NCBI GenBank assembly: GCA_963698465.1
Contig: CAVOQY010000013.1
Span: 486,687 to 550,686, forward strand
DNA length: 64,000 nucleotides
Origin: an uncultured delta proteobacterium
GTDB lineage: Bacteria > Desulfobacterota > Desulfobacteria > Desulfobacterales > UBA2156
Reading direction: 5' to 3'
Part shown: positions 40,465 to 50,251 of the stretch, one piece after another
How positions within the stretch are numbered: the stretch's first letter is position 1
How the letters are laid out: every line of letters starts with the position of its first letter
Notes under the pieces: generated by a model
Told to the model about the DNA's origin: nothing
The model's database searches: none
The model's input: only the letters and a program-made list of their open reading frames with translations
Program-made: the position numbers and the translations under genes

Positions 40465-41094
40465 CTACGCGGCGTCGTCTTTTTTCCTTCGGGTCACGGG
40501 CCTCCTCAGCAACGTTCGAAGCCGATCTTCGGGCACCCGCCTCGGATCTGAAAGATAAATCTCGTGGTGAAGCCCGTCAAACCGAAATCCTTTTTCCTTT
40601 GCAAAAAGCCGCATCTTGTCCACGCTTTCTTTCTCATTTCCATAGGAACCCCTGTGGAGCATCTGCACACAGACGCCTTCGTGAATCCGTTCCAGTTTCA
40701 CGCTTTTGACCTCGGGCCCCTTTTTCAGCTGCAAAAGCGGCGAGGCGGCCTCCTGGAGGCGATCCGAGACGATGAAATCGGGTGTACGGATCATGAGTTT
40801 CCAGTTCAAGAGCTTTTCCACGGCCCACGCATCCCCATCCTGGGATTCGGCCGCCCACCAGAGTCCCTCAAGCTTGCAGACCGCATAATCCTCGCCCCTG
40901 GCCCGGGAAGCCGTCTTGACGGCGAAGGCGACGGAGTAAAGGGCCTCCAGTGAGGCGATGAACTCGGTCTGTCCCGGTTCCCCTCTCCCGGTGATGCTGA
41001 GATAACCGGCCGGAAGGGTCTCGATCAGCACCGGATCCTGGGACGCCCGGTATTCCCGGGCGTGTAAACGGAAAAGGTCGAGCTTCTCCCCCAT
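40465..41094 (-). CDS. GyrI-like small-molecule-binding domain protein
   Basis: LEALYSVAF, KLEGLWW, WKLMIRTPD, QMLHRGSY, HHEIYLSDPRR, RTLLR. Confidence 0.8.
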   Translation of the reverse strand: MGEKLDLFRLHAREYRASQDPVLIETLPAGYLSITGRGEPGQTEFIASLEALYSVAFAVKTASRARGEDYAVCKLEGLWWAAESQDGDAWAVEKLLNWKLMIRTPDFIVSDRLQEAASPLLQLKKGPEVKSVKLERIHEGVCVQMLHRGSYGNEKESVDKMRLFAKEKGFRFDGLHHEIYLSDPRRVPEDRLRTLLRRPVTRRKKDDAA

Positions 41095-41177
41095 GTCAGC
41101 GTAGATCCTCCGGAAAATTGCATTTTTGGATGGTAAAATTAGTCACGCCGTACTATGTTTGTCAATTAGCTGTTTTG

Positions 41178-41316
41178 AAGCTCCCCGCTGCAAGCAGCGG
41201 GGAATGTTCCGCCCTTCGGCAGTGCTTCGCAGCACCGTAAGGAGTTTTTTTATTCTAAGATTCGTTCCCTAACCCCGCAGCAAGTTGCGGGGAATGCGCT
41301 CTCTTTAGCGGTTCAA
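41178..41316 (+). mobile_element. non-autonomous palindromic (MITE/PATE-like) element with two CCCCGC(A/T)GCAAG..GCGGGGAATG hairpins
   Basis: Hairpins at 41182-41203 and 41273-41292 are near-direct repeats of each other; no coding capacity. Confidence 0.65.
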
Positions 41317-41342
41317 AACGGTTCCACAGAGGCGGTGTCCAA

Positions 41343-42485
41343 ATGTATCTGACTTCCAAACTCCCCGACGTCGGAGTGACGATCTTTTCCATCATGACGC
41401 GGCTTGCCGTGGAAAGCGGCGCCATCAATCTGTCCCAGGGCTTTCCGGACTTCGATGTTCCCGCGGAGCTCGTGGACCGCGTGGCCCACCATATGCGCCA
41501 GGGCAGCAACCAGTACGCCCCCATGCAGGGGGTGCTTCACCTGAGGGAACGGATTTCGGAAAAGGTCCAAGCCCTTTACGGCGCCCGGTTCGACCCCGCC
41601 GACGAAATCACCGTCACGGCGGGGGCCACCGAAGCCGTATTCGCCGCCATCACCGCCGTCGTTGGCAGGGGCGAGGAAGTCATCTACTTCGAGCCTGCCT
41701 ATGACGCTTACGTCCCAGCCATCCGGCTCAGCGGCGGAATTCCGATCCCCATAAAGCTTCGGTATCCTGGCTACCGGATCGACTGGAACGAGGTCGAAGA
41801 CCGGGTGTCGTCCAAGACACGGGCCATCATTCTCAATTCCCCTCACAATCCCACGGGATCCGTCTTGGAGGCGGCGGACCTTGACGCCCTTATCGCCGTC
41901 GTGCGGGATACGGACGTGCTCCTGATCAGCGATGAAGTTTACGAACACATCGTATTCGACGGACACCGCCATGAAAGCCTGTGCCGCTACCCGGAACTGG
42001 CCCAAAGAAGCCTCGTCATCAGTTCCTTCGGGAAGACGTACCATGCCACAGGCTGGAAGGTGGGCTACTGCGTGGCCCCCCGTCCGCTTTCCGAGGAATT
42101 CCAGAAAATCCACCAGTACCTGACCTTTGCCGTCAACACCCCGGTTCAACTGGCATACGCGGACTACCTCTCCCGGAAGCATGCCTACCTGGCACTGGGG
42201 GCTTTTTACCAGGAAAAGCGGGACGTCTTCCTTGCCTCCCTCGGGGGGTCCCGGTTCAAGGCCATCTCGTGTCTTGGGACTTATTTCCAGATGCTCGACT
42301 ACCGCGACGTCTCCGACGAACCGGACGTGGCCTTCGCCAGGCGGTTGACCACCCGCCACGGTGTGGCCGCCATCCCCCCGTCGGTTTTCTATCACGACAA
42401 CGAGGACCATCGGGTGCTGCGCTTTTGTTTTGCAAAAAAAGACGACACCCTTAAAGAGGCGGGAGAGCGGCTATGCAGGATTTGA
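41343..42485 (+). CDS. ybdL: methionine aminotransferase (PLP, class I)
   Basis: AINLSQGFPDF, SPHNPTG, SDEVYEHI, SFGKTYHATGWKVGY, LRFCFAK. Confidence 0.88.
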   Translation: MYLTSKLPDVGVTIFSIMTRLAVESGAINLSQGFPDFDVPAELVDRVAHHMRQGSNQYAPMQGVLHLRERISEKVQALYGARFDPADEITVTAGATEAVFAAITAVVGRGEEVIYFEPAYDAYVPAIRLSGGIPIPIKLRYPGYRIDWNEVEDRVSSKTRAIILNSPHNPTGSVLEAADLDALIAVVRDTDVLLISDEVYEHIVFDGHRHESLCRYPELAQRSLVISSFGKTYHATGWKVGYCVAPRPLSEEFQKIHQYLTFAVNTPVQLAYADYLSRKHAYLALGAFYQEKRDVFLASLGGSRFKAISCLGTYFQMLDYRDVSDEPDVAFARRLTTRHGVAAIPPSVFYHDNEDHRVLRFCFAKKDDTLKEAGERLCRI

Positions 42486-43243
42486 CTCTCACCCTCGTTC
42501 AAGCCGATCCAATCTGGGAAAATATTGATACCAACCTGGCCGGGTTCGACGAGGCACTGGAGGCCGTTTCCAAACCCACGGATCTGATCCTTCTCCCCGA
42601 GATGTTCACCACCGGATTCACCATGAACGCCGCAAAACTCGCCCAGGGCATGGACGGCTCCGGCGTGCGTTGGATCCGGGACAAGGCAAAACAGAAAAAA
42701 GCGGACGTGGCCGGAAGTCTCATCATCCGGGAAAACGGGCGGTTCTTTAACCGCCTCGTCTGGGCGAAGCCGGATGAAACCCTGTTCACCTACGACAAGC
42801 GGCATCTGTTTCGGATGGCGGGGGAGGACCGGACTTACGCCGCCGGAAAAACCCGTCTCACCGTTTCCCTGAAGGGCTGGCGCCTTAGGCCTTTCATCTG
42901 CTACGATCTTCGGTTTCCGGTCTGGTGCAGAAACGGCCCGAACAGCTACGACCTCCTCGTGTTCGTGGCCAACTGGCCCCAGGCCCGGTCGGCCCACTGG
43001 AAGACGCTCCTCGCCGCCAGGGCCGTGGAAAACCAGTGCTACGTCGTCGGCGTCAACCGTGTGGGAAAAGACGGGAACGGCCTTTCTTATTCCGGGGATT
43101 CTTCCATCATCGATCCCCAGGGCAACGTCCTGCTGGAAATCGCCCAAAAACCTTTCACCGTCACCCAAGCCCTCTCCCGTCAAGCTCTGACGGACTACCG
43201 GGCCGCCTTTCCCGTCTGGATGGATGCCGACGACGCGGGCTGA
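42473..43243 (+). CDS. yafV: omega-amidase (nitrilase superfamily)
   Basis: LPEMFTTGF, YDKRHLF, ICYDLRFPVW, VANWP, ARAVENQ. Confidence 0.88.
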   Translation: MQDLTLTLVQADPIWENIDTNLAGFDEALEAVSKPTDLILLPEMFTTGFTMNAAKLAQGMDGSGVRWIRDKAKQKKADVAGSLIIRENGRFFNRLVWAKPDETLFTYDKRHLFRMAGEDRTYAAGKTRLTVSLKGWRLRPFICYDLRFPVWCRNGPNSYDLLVFVANWPQARSAHWKTLLAARAVENQCYVVGVNRVGKDGNGLSYSGDSSIIDPQGNVLLEIAQKPFTVTQALSRQALTDYRAAFPVWMDADDAG

Positions 43244-43298
43244 AATTCTTTAAAAAGACGCCTCAACTCTGACCCGTTGCGTGTCCGGCTTCCAAAGC

Positions 43299-44189
43299 CT
43301 ACGGGCAAAGGGCTTTCTCGCGGATATGAGCGCCTGCCACCTGGTTGGCGGCAATCCGGGATGCCGTCCGAGCCGCCGCCGGCACCTCTGCTTTTCCGAA
43401 TCGCCGACAGGCCACGTATGCAGCAAAAAATACATCCCCGGCGCCCGTGGAGTCTGAGGGGTGCGCCACCGGAATCGGGTCGAAGGGATAAGGTCCGCCC
43501 CCCTGCTCCTGGATAAAACCGCCCCGATGCCCCTCCGTCACCACCGCCTCGTCTATGTGGAAATCAGAAAGGAGGCGTCGGAGGCTGCACTTGAAAAAAT
43601 CCAAAGCCAGTGCCATTTCCTCTCGGTCCGCCTTGAGGATCTTTGCCAAACCCAGGGCTATAGGCAGGTTTCCGGAAACGCCGGGACGGATCCAGTCTTT
43701 TTTCCTCCGGCGCACATACCCCTGGATGTCCAGGACAATGAAATGCCCATGGGGGCCCAAGGCGCACAGGGCGGCAGGGTCGATATCCCGGGGATGTAGA
43801 GGACCGAGATGGATGGTGTCTATCCCGGTGACGGCATGCAGGAGCTGGTCCTTTGAGATGGCATCGGCCGCCGAAAGCATCTTTTGCAGGCGCTTTTCCC
43901 CTTCCAGGACATTGACGAACACGGTGGTGGCGCCGCCGAATTCGACACATGGAGAAATCCCCTCCCGCCGAAGGTTTTGGATCATCCACGCCTCCTTTTT
44001 CCCGACGCGGGTGACCACGCGCACGGGTATCTTGAAGTGCGCGTAGGTCAATCCGGCGTAGGCGGTCACGCCTCCCATCTTGAAAACGCGCCGGTCGGCG
44101 ATCCGAACCTCGTCGAGGGTGGTGGACCCGACGACGGCAACTCCGGTTGACGCGAGTGGGTGTCGGGAATTTTCGAGGCTTTTTTCCTG
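43299..44189 (-). CDS. PfkB-family carbohydrate kinase
   Basis: GGVTAYA, LDIQG, VTEGHRG, DSTGAGDVF. Start uncertain. Confidence 0.75.
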   Translation of the reverse strand, partial: QEKSLENSRHPLASTGVAVVGSTTLDEVRIADRRVFKMGGVTAYAGLTYAHFKIPVRVVTRVGKKEAWMIQNLRREGISPCVEFGGATTVFVNVLEGEKRLQKMLSAADAISKDQLLHAVTGIDTIHLGPLHPRDIDPAALCALGPHGHFIVLDIQGYVRRRKKDWIRPGVSGNLPIALGLAKILKADREEMALALDFFKCSLRRLLSDFHIDEAVVTEGHRGGFIQEQGGGPYPFDPIPVAHPSDSTGAGDVFFAAYVACRRFGKAEVPAAARTASRIAANQVAGAHIREKALCP

Positions 44190-44241
44190 CATAGGCTCTT
44201 GCGTTCTTGCGCCCGGTTCCATGGCCCGCTGTCGCGGGAGA

Positions 44242-44709
44242 TCACCGGGAGATCTTTCCAAGACTCCCGTTGCAAAGGCCGATCAGGTCATCGGGTCTCA
44301 GTTCGACTTGGAGGCCCCGCTTTCCCGCGCTGACATAGACGGTCTCGAGATGACGCACCGTTTCGTCCAAGGCCACCGGCAAGGGCTTTCGGTGCCCCAA
44401 TGGACTGATCCCGCCCACCACGCAGCCTGTGGTCTTTTCGGCGGTTTCAGGAGGAGCCATTTCGGCGCTTTTGGCTTCAAAGACCGATGCCACGGCTTTG
44501 AGGTCGAGATGCTTGGAAGCAGGCACCAGGGCCACGGCTTCTTTTCGGCCGTCGAGCAGGATCACCAGCGTTTTGAAAATCCGGTGCGGGGAGATGCCAA
44601 GGGCCTCAGCCGCTTCCATGCCGTAATGGCCTGCACGCGGATCATGCCGATACCGGTGGACGGCAAAAGGAACGCCTTTCTTTTCAAGTATCCGTATGGC
44701 CCGCGTCAT
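44242..44709 (-). CDS. ybaK: Cys-tRNA(Pro) deacylase
   Basis: IFKTLV, LDLKAVA, TGCVVGGISPLG, VSAGKRG. Confidence 0.92.
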   Translation of the reverse strand: MTRAIRILEKKGVPFAVHRYRHDPRAGHYGMEAAEALGISPHRIFKTLVILLDGRKEAVALVPASKHLDLKAVASVFEAKSAEMAPPETAEKTTGCVVGGISPLGHRKPLPVALDETVRHLETVYVSAGKRGLQVELRPDDLIGLCNGSLGKISR

Positions 44710-44736
44710 CGCCCGTCGGTTTCCCGGATTCGGATC

Positions 44737-45660
44737 TCACGCAAAAAACAGGCCGACAGCCATGAGCACCGGCGTGACGATGTTGAGAATCACGTTCAGT
44801 CCCAACGCAGGAAGGAGTCTGGGAATGTTTTCCGCGTGCCGGAAAGCTCCCAGCGCTGCGGGAAGTGCGATAACGGCGCTCATGAGCCCCAGAAGGGTCA
44901 GGCTCGGGAGAAGATTCAAGAAGACGCCGAAAATCATGGACAGGTAGGCGGCTAGGAGAAACGCCGCATAGATCAGGCTGCTGCGCTGCCTCCCGATGAG
45001 AATGGGGAAATGCCGACGCCCCACGCTCCGATCGGCCTCCACGTCAGGAAACTGGTTGAGGAGCAGCAGGTCACAGACGAGAAAAAAAGGGGCCAGCGAA
45101 GCGACGAAGGGTGTCCATTGGTAGCTCCCCGTGAGGGCGAAATGAGTTCCCATCACCATCAAAGGACCGAACCCCAGACCCGGAGCGACGAGGCACCCGA
45201 GGGCATGATGCGCGATCCAAGGCGTATAGGCAAACAGGAGAAGCAGGCCGGGAATCCCGGTCAGAAGGAGGCCCCAACCCCGGACTGAGACAAAAAAAAG
45301 TCCCACCGCAACCGTGAGCCCGAAAAAGAGTACGGCGGTGGCAAGGGCCTGCTTTGCCGCCGCCGGATGGGCGGGCAGCGTCCCGCTCCCGCCGCTGAAA
45401 GGCGTCCGCTGGGTCTTGAAATCCAGGCCGCTTTTGAAATCGAAATATTCGTTGAACGCGTTGACGCTGACATGCGCCGAAAGGGCGCCCAGAAAAATAA
45501 AAAGAGCATGAATCACCGACACGCGTCCCCCGGACCAAACCGCGGTTGCCATCCCCAGAAGGACGCAGGCCGGGGTGAGGATGAGAAACGGCACCCGCAT
45601 GGGCCCAAGCAGTTCTTTCAGCATCTCCCGCCTTGTGTTTTTCCGGTCCTCTGGATTCAC
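44737..45660 (-). CDS. UbiA-family prenyltransferase (MenA-like)
   Basis: NEYFDFKSGLD, FSGGSG, NQFPDVEAD...GRR. Confidence 0.85.
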   Translation of the reverse strand: MNPEDRKNTRREMLKELLGPMRVPFLILTPACVLLGMATAVWSGGRVSVIHALFIFLGALSAHVSVNAFNEYFDFKSGLDFKTQRTPFSGGSGTLPAHPAAAKQALATAVLFFGLTVAVGLFFVSVRGWGLLLTGIPGLLLLFAYTPWIAHHALGCLVAPGLGFGPLMVMGTHFALTGSYQWTPFVASLAPFFLVCDLLLLNQFPDVEADRSVGRRHFPILIGRQRSSLIYAAFLLAAYLSMIFGVFLNLLPSLTLLGLMSAVIALPAALGAFRHAENIPRLLPALGLNVILNIVTPVLMAVGLFFA

Positions 45661-45872
45661 CGAAAAGCTTTTCCTGTAACGTCTTCTGGAAGAAATTATC
45701 CCTTTGTATCCTCCAATTTTAACCCGCTGTCAATGTCGAGCTCCACCCGGTGCCAAATGGAGTTGATACCGGAGCGCATCGGTGATACGGTGAGCCTGCA
45801 GGTCTGAAACCCTGGTTCAGGCCTGATCCAGTACGCCAGCCGCCGTAGCTGAATCCACGGGGGGAATTGAAC

Positions 45873-46775
45873 ATGGAAAAGCCGGTCAAAATCGTTGTCG
45901 CCCTTTTTCTTCTTTGTCTCATCGGCTTTTTTGCCTACACCCAATTCAAATCCTGGTACCGGGATGAAATGGAGGCTGCCGTCGAAAAAGAGAGAAAGGA
46001 ATGGGTAGGAAAAGTCGAGGAACTGGGAAAGGAAGTAGACGATCTCAAGGAAAGAGTCCCCCTCGGCAAAGAGCTGGCCGCCGTCGAACCCGGAGCGTCT
46101 GCTAAAAGTGAAAAGGAGGCCCAGGTTCCCCCTGTCTCCGCTGCCCCGAAGCCGACCTGCGAACAGCTGGAGCGGCAGGTATCCTCCTTTTTCGAGTACC
46201 TGGACCAGCGGGAATACATGGCTGCCCATGAGCTGGAAGGGAGTGCCCAAGACTTTTTTCTCCTCATCGTTGAAGAACTGAGCCAGAACCCGCCGGTGAT
46301 CACGGGAGAGATGGACGACCTGTCCGCACTGATCCGGAACGTGACCCATTTTTACAGGGTGCTGGGAAGAAAGCGCATCGGGTTGATCATCGACATCTTG
46401 AAAAACGAGTCGAACCGGCTCGAACCCATCATGGAAACTTTCCACCATTGGGTCCTCATGGGCGCCCAGTGCAAAGCAAGCCTGATCCCACCGCCCCCCC
46501 TTGAAATTGTGTACCGATACGCCGGCTTTTTCTTGAACACCCTGGGCGGGCGGAGCTACCTGTTGAGGAGGGATTCCAGGACGCGGGTCCTGACGAGTTA
46601 CTACAGCATCCTTCTTTTAGACCGCTCCAATGACAAGATGAAAAACACTTACGGAATCGACATCCGGCCCTACATCGACTTTTCTTTTTATGACATCCGG
46701 AGTCAGAAAAGCCTGACCTACCAGGATCGATACCTGACGAAATTAAAGGAACTCAAGAAGAAATACCGGATGTAG
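45873..46775 (+). CDS. membrane-anchored hypothetical protein
   Basis: Single N-terminal TM, coiled coil, helical C-domain; long ORF on the otherwise unused strand. Confidence 0.7.
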   Translation: MEKPVKIVVALFLLCLIGFFAYTQFKSWYRDEMEAAVEKERKEWVGKVEELGKEVDDLKERVPLGKELAAVEPGASAKSEKEAQVPPVSAAPKPTCEQLERQVSSFFEYLDQREYMAAHELEGSAQDFFLLIVEELSQNPPVITGEMDDLSALIRNVTHFYRVLGRKRIGLIIDILKNESNRLEPIMETFHHWVLMGAQCKASLIPPPPLEIVYRYAGFFLNTLGGRSYLLRRDSRTRVLTSYYSILLLDRSNDKMKNTYGIDIRPYIDFSFYDIRSQKSLTYQDRYLTKLKELKKKYRM

Positions 46776-46781
46776 GCCTTC

Positions 46782-47681
46782 TCAGACGCCCAGCCAGGCC
46801 GCCCCGAAGACCCCCGCCGAATCTCCCAGCCGGTTTTTCAAAATGGGGGTCCGTATGCCTCTGTGAAACGCATAACGCTTCACGTAGGCCAGCCCCTGGG
46901 TATACAGCTCGTCGATGAGGGAAAGCCCGCCGCCGATGACCACCGCGTCTGGATCCAACAGGGAGATAAGCCCTCCCATGCAGCGCCCGAAATCGTCCAG
47001 GAACCGAAGGAAGGCTTCCGTGCACCGGGGATCCTTCTTCCGATACCCCGACACGATCTGTCTCATGGACAAGCGGAGCTGGTGGCGGGTGAAAAAGGAG
47101 CGCTCCACGCCCGACCCGCTGATCTTGGTCTCGATGCATCCCCGGTTCCCGCAGTAGCAGTCCTCCCCGGATGGATCGACGGAAAAATGCCCCCATTCGC
47201 CCCCGATCCCGTTCATCCCCCTGTGGAGCTTTCCGTCAACGCAAAGACCCCCGCCGCAGCCGGTCCCTAAGATGACCCCGAAAACCCAGGAATATCCATT
47301 GGCCGCACCTTCCCGGCTTTCCGCCAAGACGAAGCAGTTGGCGTCGTTTTCTACGCAGACAGAACGCCCCAGGCGCTTTTCCAGGTCCTTCTGAAAAGGG
47401 TTTCCGATGAGAACGGTTGTGTTGGCGTTTTGTACCCGCCGGGTTTTTGCGTCGATGGCCCCGGGGATGCCGATGCCGATGGTACACCTTTTCGGATCCG
47501 GAGCATGGGCACGCGCTTCTTCGATGAAACGATGGACAAAAGACAGGAGGGCCTCGTAGGAACGGGTCCCCTGGGTCGGAACCCGTTTCCGGTAAACCTC
47601 TCGATTCCGGTCGTCCAAAACGACCGCTTCGGTCTTGGTCCCGCCCAGGTCGATACCGATTCGAAAGGGACCGGGGGTCAT
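46782..47681 (-). CDS. ROK family sugar kinase (Mak/fructokinase-like)
   Basis: GIDLGGTK, ENDANC, GTGCGGG, GEWGH, CYCGNRGCIE, GGGLS. Confidence 0.92.
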   Translation of the reverse strand: MTPGPFRIGIDLGGTKTEAVVLDDRNREVYRKRVPTQGTRSYEALLSFVHRFIEEARAHAPDPKRCTIGIGIPGAIDAKTRRVQNANTTVLIGNPFQKDLEKRLGRSVCVENDANCFVLAESREGAANGYSWVFGVILGTGCGGGLCVDGKLHRGMNGIGGEWGHFSVDPSGEDCYCGNRGCIETKISGSGVERSFFTRHQLRLSMRQIVSGYRKKDPRCTEAFLRFLDDFGRCMGGLISLLDPDAVVIGGGLSLIDELYTQGLAYVKRYAFHRGIRTPILKNRLGDSAGVFGAAWLGV

Positions 47682-48355
47682 CGAACCCCCCGGTCTTCCG
47701 GCCTGTCGTCCTCCAGGGCCGTTTTTCGAAAATAGGTTTGGATGCCCTTGCGGCACAGGGTTTTCGCGAGGAAGGCCCCCACCATCGCCAGGCACTCCGG
47801 ATCCAAAAACTGGGGTGCGCTGCTGTTAAAAAGGACGCTGCACCGGGCGGTAAATTCGGAGTCGGCGTCGTTGAAAAGCATCAGGAGGCGGATTTCAGGC
47901 AGCGCCTGAAATTCCATCTTCAGGTCGAAGGGAAATGTTTCCTCTGACGGTTTTCCCTGGAGGGCAAGCGCGGCCTTTTGAAGCGAATCCAGTTTCCCTG
48001 AAAAAGCATCCGAGATCAAACGCTCCACATCATGCACGAAATAGCCGGTCAAGGGTCCGGCGCCCGGGATTTCCCTATAAGCAATCCAGCCCCTGTCTCT
48101 GGCCGGGGTGGCGGGGTACAGGAGAAGATATTTCATCAAGACGACGCAGACTTCGAAGGGCGGCCGGCGGTTTCGCGGATCCGAAACGCCCTTCTTTCCA
48201 ACCCGATAGGTCGTGCCGAAGTATGGCGTCCAGACCTCTCCCTTATCCATGCGGGCGCCGGGCGCGGCACCCGTGGATTGCAGCTTGCCGGCGCCAAGCT
48301 GGTCCAGGTAGGACCGATAGGTTTTTTCGAACACCGGTGACCATTCTTCGGTCAT
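47678..48355 (-). CDS. DUF3786-like hypothetical protein
   Basis: YREIPGA...F, FQALPEIRLLMLFNDADSEFTARCSVLF...LDPE pattern; family assigned from memory. Confidence 0.6.
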   Translation of the reverse strand: MTEEWSPVFEKTYRSYLDQLGAGKLQSTGAAPGARMDKGEVWTPYFGTTYRVGKKGVSDPRNRRPPFEVCVVLMKYLLLYPATPARDRGWIAYREIPGAGPLTGYFVHDVERLISDAFSGKLDSLQKAALALQGKPSEETFPFDLKMEFQALPEIRLLMLFNDADSEFTARCSVLFNSSAPQFLDPECLAMVGAFLAKTLCRKGIQTYFRKTALEDDRPEDRGVR

Positions 48356-48369
48356 GATTCCCCCTAAAA

Positions 48370-48398
48370 TTGACATTTTCAAAAAAACATAGCATACT
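48370..48398 (+). promoter_or_regulatory. sigma70-like promoter TTGACA-N17-CATACT
   Basis: Direct reading, upstream of the PilZ gene. Confidence 0.55.
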
Positions 48399-48445
48399 TT
48401 CACAGCGATGCCTAACCGGGAAAAAATGGATTTTCAGGAGCGCCG

Positions 48446-48742
48446 ATGAAAAACAGGACCCTGAAGACAACTCATGAAAGCGGGGAAAAAAGGGGGGACA
48501 TCCGGCATACGGTCCCCCGGCCTGTGGAGTTTTTCGCCAGGGGCAAGCCCTTCATCGGGACCATCGTCAATCAGAGTCGGGGAGGACTGTTCATCGAGAC
48601 CCGGGGAAAGTTCCAGGTGGGCGATTCCATTTTTCTGCTCGACAACGCCTTTTCCGCCGGCCAGAAAAAAAGAAAAGCCACCATCGTCCGGGTGGCTGCT
48701 GAAGGAATCGGGATTGTCTTTCAAAAGCCGGGGTATTACTGA
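48446..48742 (+). CDS. PilZ domain protein
   Basis: RxxxR (KRGDIR) and NQSRGGLFI motifs, GIGIVF. Confidence 0.82.
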   Translation: MKNRTLKTTHESGEKRGDIRHTVPRPVEFFARGKPFIGTIVNQSRGGLFIETRGKFQVGDSIFLLDNAFSAGQKKRKATIVRVAAEGIGIVFQKPGYY

Positions 48743-48802
48743 GCATCCACGAACCCACCGGCCACCGTTGACGTCGGCCGGATTCGGGCGGGGCAAACCC
48801 TT

Positions 48803-49366
48803 CTACCCTTTCACGCGTTCCACGTAAAGCCCGCTTCGGGTGTCGATGCGCACCCATTCCCCTTCTTCGATGAACGGGGGGACCTGGACCACGTACCCTG
48901 TCTCCAGGGTGGCCGGTTTGGTGCTTCCGGATGCCGTGTCGCCCTTCACCCAGGGATCTGCCTGGGTCACCTGGAGTTCCACGAAATTGGGAAGGGTGAT
49001 TCCGATGGGTTTTCTGTCAAAAAGCAGCATGCTGCAAACGGTGTTCTCCTTCAGGTAGTTCCGGGCATCGGCCACCTGGTCTGCGGTCAGAAACTCCTGC
49101 TCGTAGGTGGACGTGTTCATGAAGCAGTACCGGTCGCCGTCGAAGTACAGGTATTCCATCCCGGCTTCTTCCAGGTTGGCCTCATTGAACTTCTCCCCCG
49201 AGCGGTAGGTTTTGTCGAACTGAACCCCCGTGATCATGTTCTTCAGCTTGCACTTGTAAAGGGCCTGGCCCTTCCCGGGCTTGACGAATTCGAACTGTAC
49301 GATGACGTAGGGCTCGCCGTCGATTTCGATCTTGGCCCCTTTTCTCAAATCCCCGCTTTCCAGCAT
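48803..49366 (-). CDS. efp: elongation factor P
   Basis: VKPGKG, GDTASG..KPATLETG, VPPFI. Confidence 0.97.
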   Translation of the reverse strand: MLESGDLRKGAKIEIDGEPYVIVQFEFVKPGKGQALYKCKLKNMITGVQFDKTYRSGEKFNEANLEEAGMEYLYFDGDRYCFMNTSTYEQEFLTADQVADARNYLKENTVCSMLLFDRKPIGITLPNFVELQVTQADPWVKGDTASGSTKPATLETGYVVQVPPFIEEGEWVRIDTRSGLYVERVKG

Positions 49367-49426
49367 GCTTTGTTTGCCTCCTTTAGACGTCGCTTGAGCC
49401 AGTCATGGCAAAAAATGCTCCACAAC

Positions 49427-50185
49427 TCAAGGGGTATTTTCGGCCCGTTTGGCATCCGACAGCGCTTTTTCGGCCCGGCGGGCTTCTTCAACGAACCGTT
49501 TGACCCTCGACGGATCCTTCCGGAACCGAATCGGCACACCCGAGGCATCCCTGTCGTTGGTCCCGGTGCAGCTGTCCACCCCCGCGGGCCGGGTGCGAAG
49601 GATCGCCTCGAAGACATTTTCAGGGCCCAGCCCGCCGGCAAGAATCACCGGAATACGGCTTCGGCGCACCAAAGCTGCGGCCAGGTCCCAGTCGCACGGC
49701 CTTCCGGTGATGCCGGCAAATCCTTCGACCGGTGCGCGGGGGATATGGGTGTCTGCGAGAAAATAATCGCTTACCGGTTCAAACCGGGCAGCCAGCTTCA
49801 GGACCTGTTGCCAGGCGCTTTTCCCTTTTTCAGGAATGGGAACGGTCCGGGCAACCGCCACTTCCGGAAAGCGTTTTCGCACCGCTTCCTGAAGGGAACC
49901 CAACCTTTTCAGCGCATCGGGGCCGCACAGAAGAAGGTCTTCGCAGAAATGGACAAGGTCCGGCCGAAAATAATCGAGCATACGGAAAACAGCGTCCGGA
50001 CGCTGAAAAAGAGGGATGAGGCTGGATTTGACCCTTCCCGCTCGAACCGCCTCCACGACTTCCTTGATCTTCGGGTCGTGCATCCGGCTTTCTTTAAGAA
50101 GGACGCTGCCGATATGGTCCACCCCCAGATCCATCAGGGTCCACGCTTCTAAGGCGGTCTGGATCTCGTAAATCTGGACGATCAT
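49427..50185 (-). CDS. trpF: phosphoribosylanthranilate isomerase-like TIM barrel
   Basis: DYFLADT, GITGRPCDW, ILAGGLGPENV, GVDSCTG. Divergent N-terminus, outside a trp operon. Confidence 0.7.
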   Translation of the reverse strand: MIVQIYEIQTALEAWTLMDLGVDHIGSVLLKESRMHDPKIKEVVEAVRAGRVKSSLIPLFQRPDAVFRMLDYFRPDLVHFCEDLLLCGPDALKRLGSLQEAVRKRFPEVAVARTVPIPEKGKSAWQQVLKLAARFEPVSDYFLADTHIPRAPVEGFAGITGRPCDWDLAAALVRRSRIPVILAGGLGPENVFEAILRTRPAGVDSCTGTNDRDASGVPIRFRKDPSRVKRFVEEARRAEKALSDAKRAENTP

Positions 50186-50251
50186 CCTTTTCCCGAAAAG
50201 ATGTCTTTTGTCCCCGTGTTAAAAGACCTTTATTGAATAATTTCCAAAATC

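Noticed and set aside
41178-41316. CRISPR array
   Set aside because: Only two imperfect palindromic units, no spacer series, and no cas genes in the window.
41343-43243. ybdL-yafV pair as novel
   Set aside because: Known aminotransferase/omega-amidase coupling.
45780-45865. TPP-riboswitch-like words (CTGAAA...CCC...CCTGATCC...GCCAGC..CGTAG)
   Set aside because: The invariant UGAGA is TGAAA, spacing and P-stems do not fit, and the downstream gene is not thiamine related. An Rfam scan would settle it.
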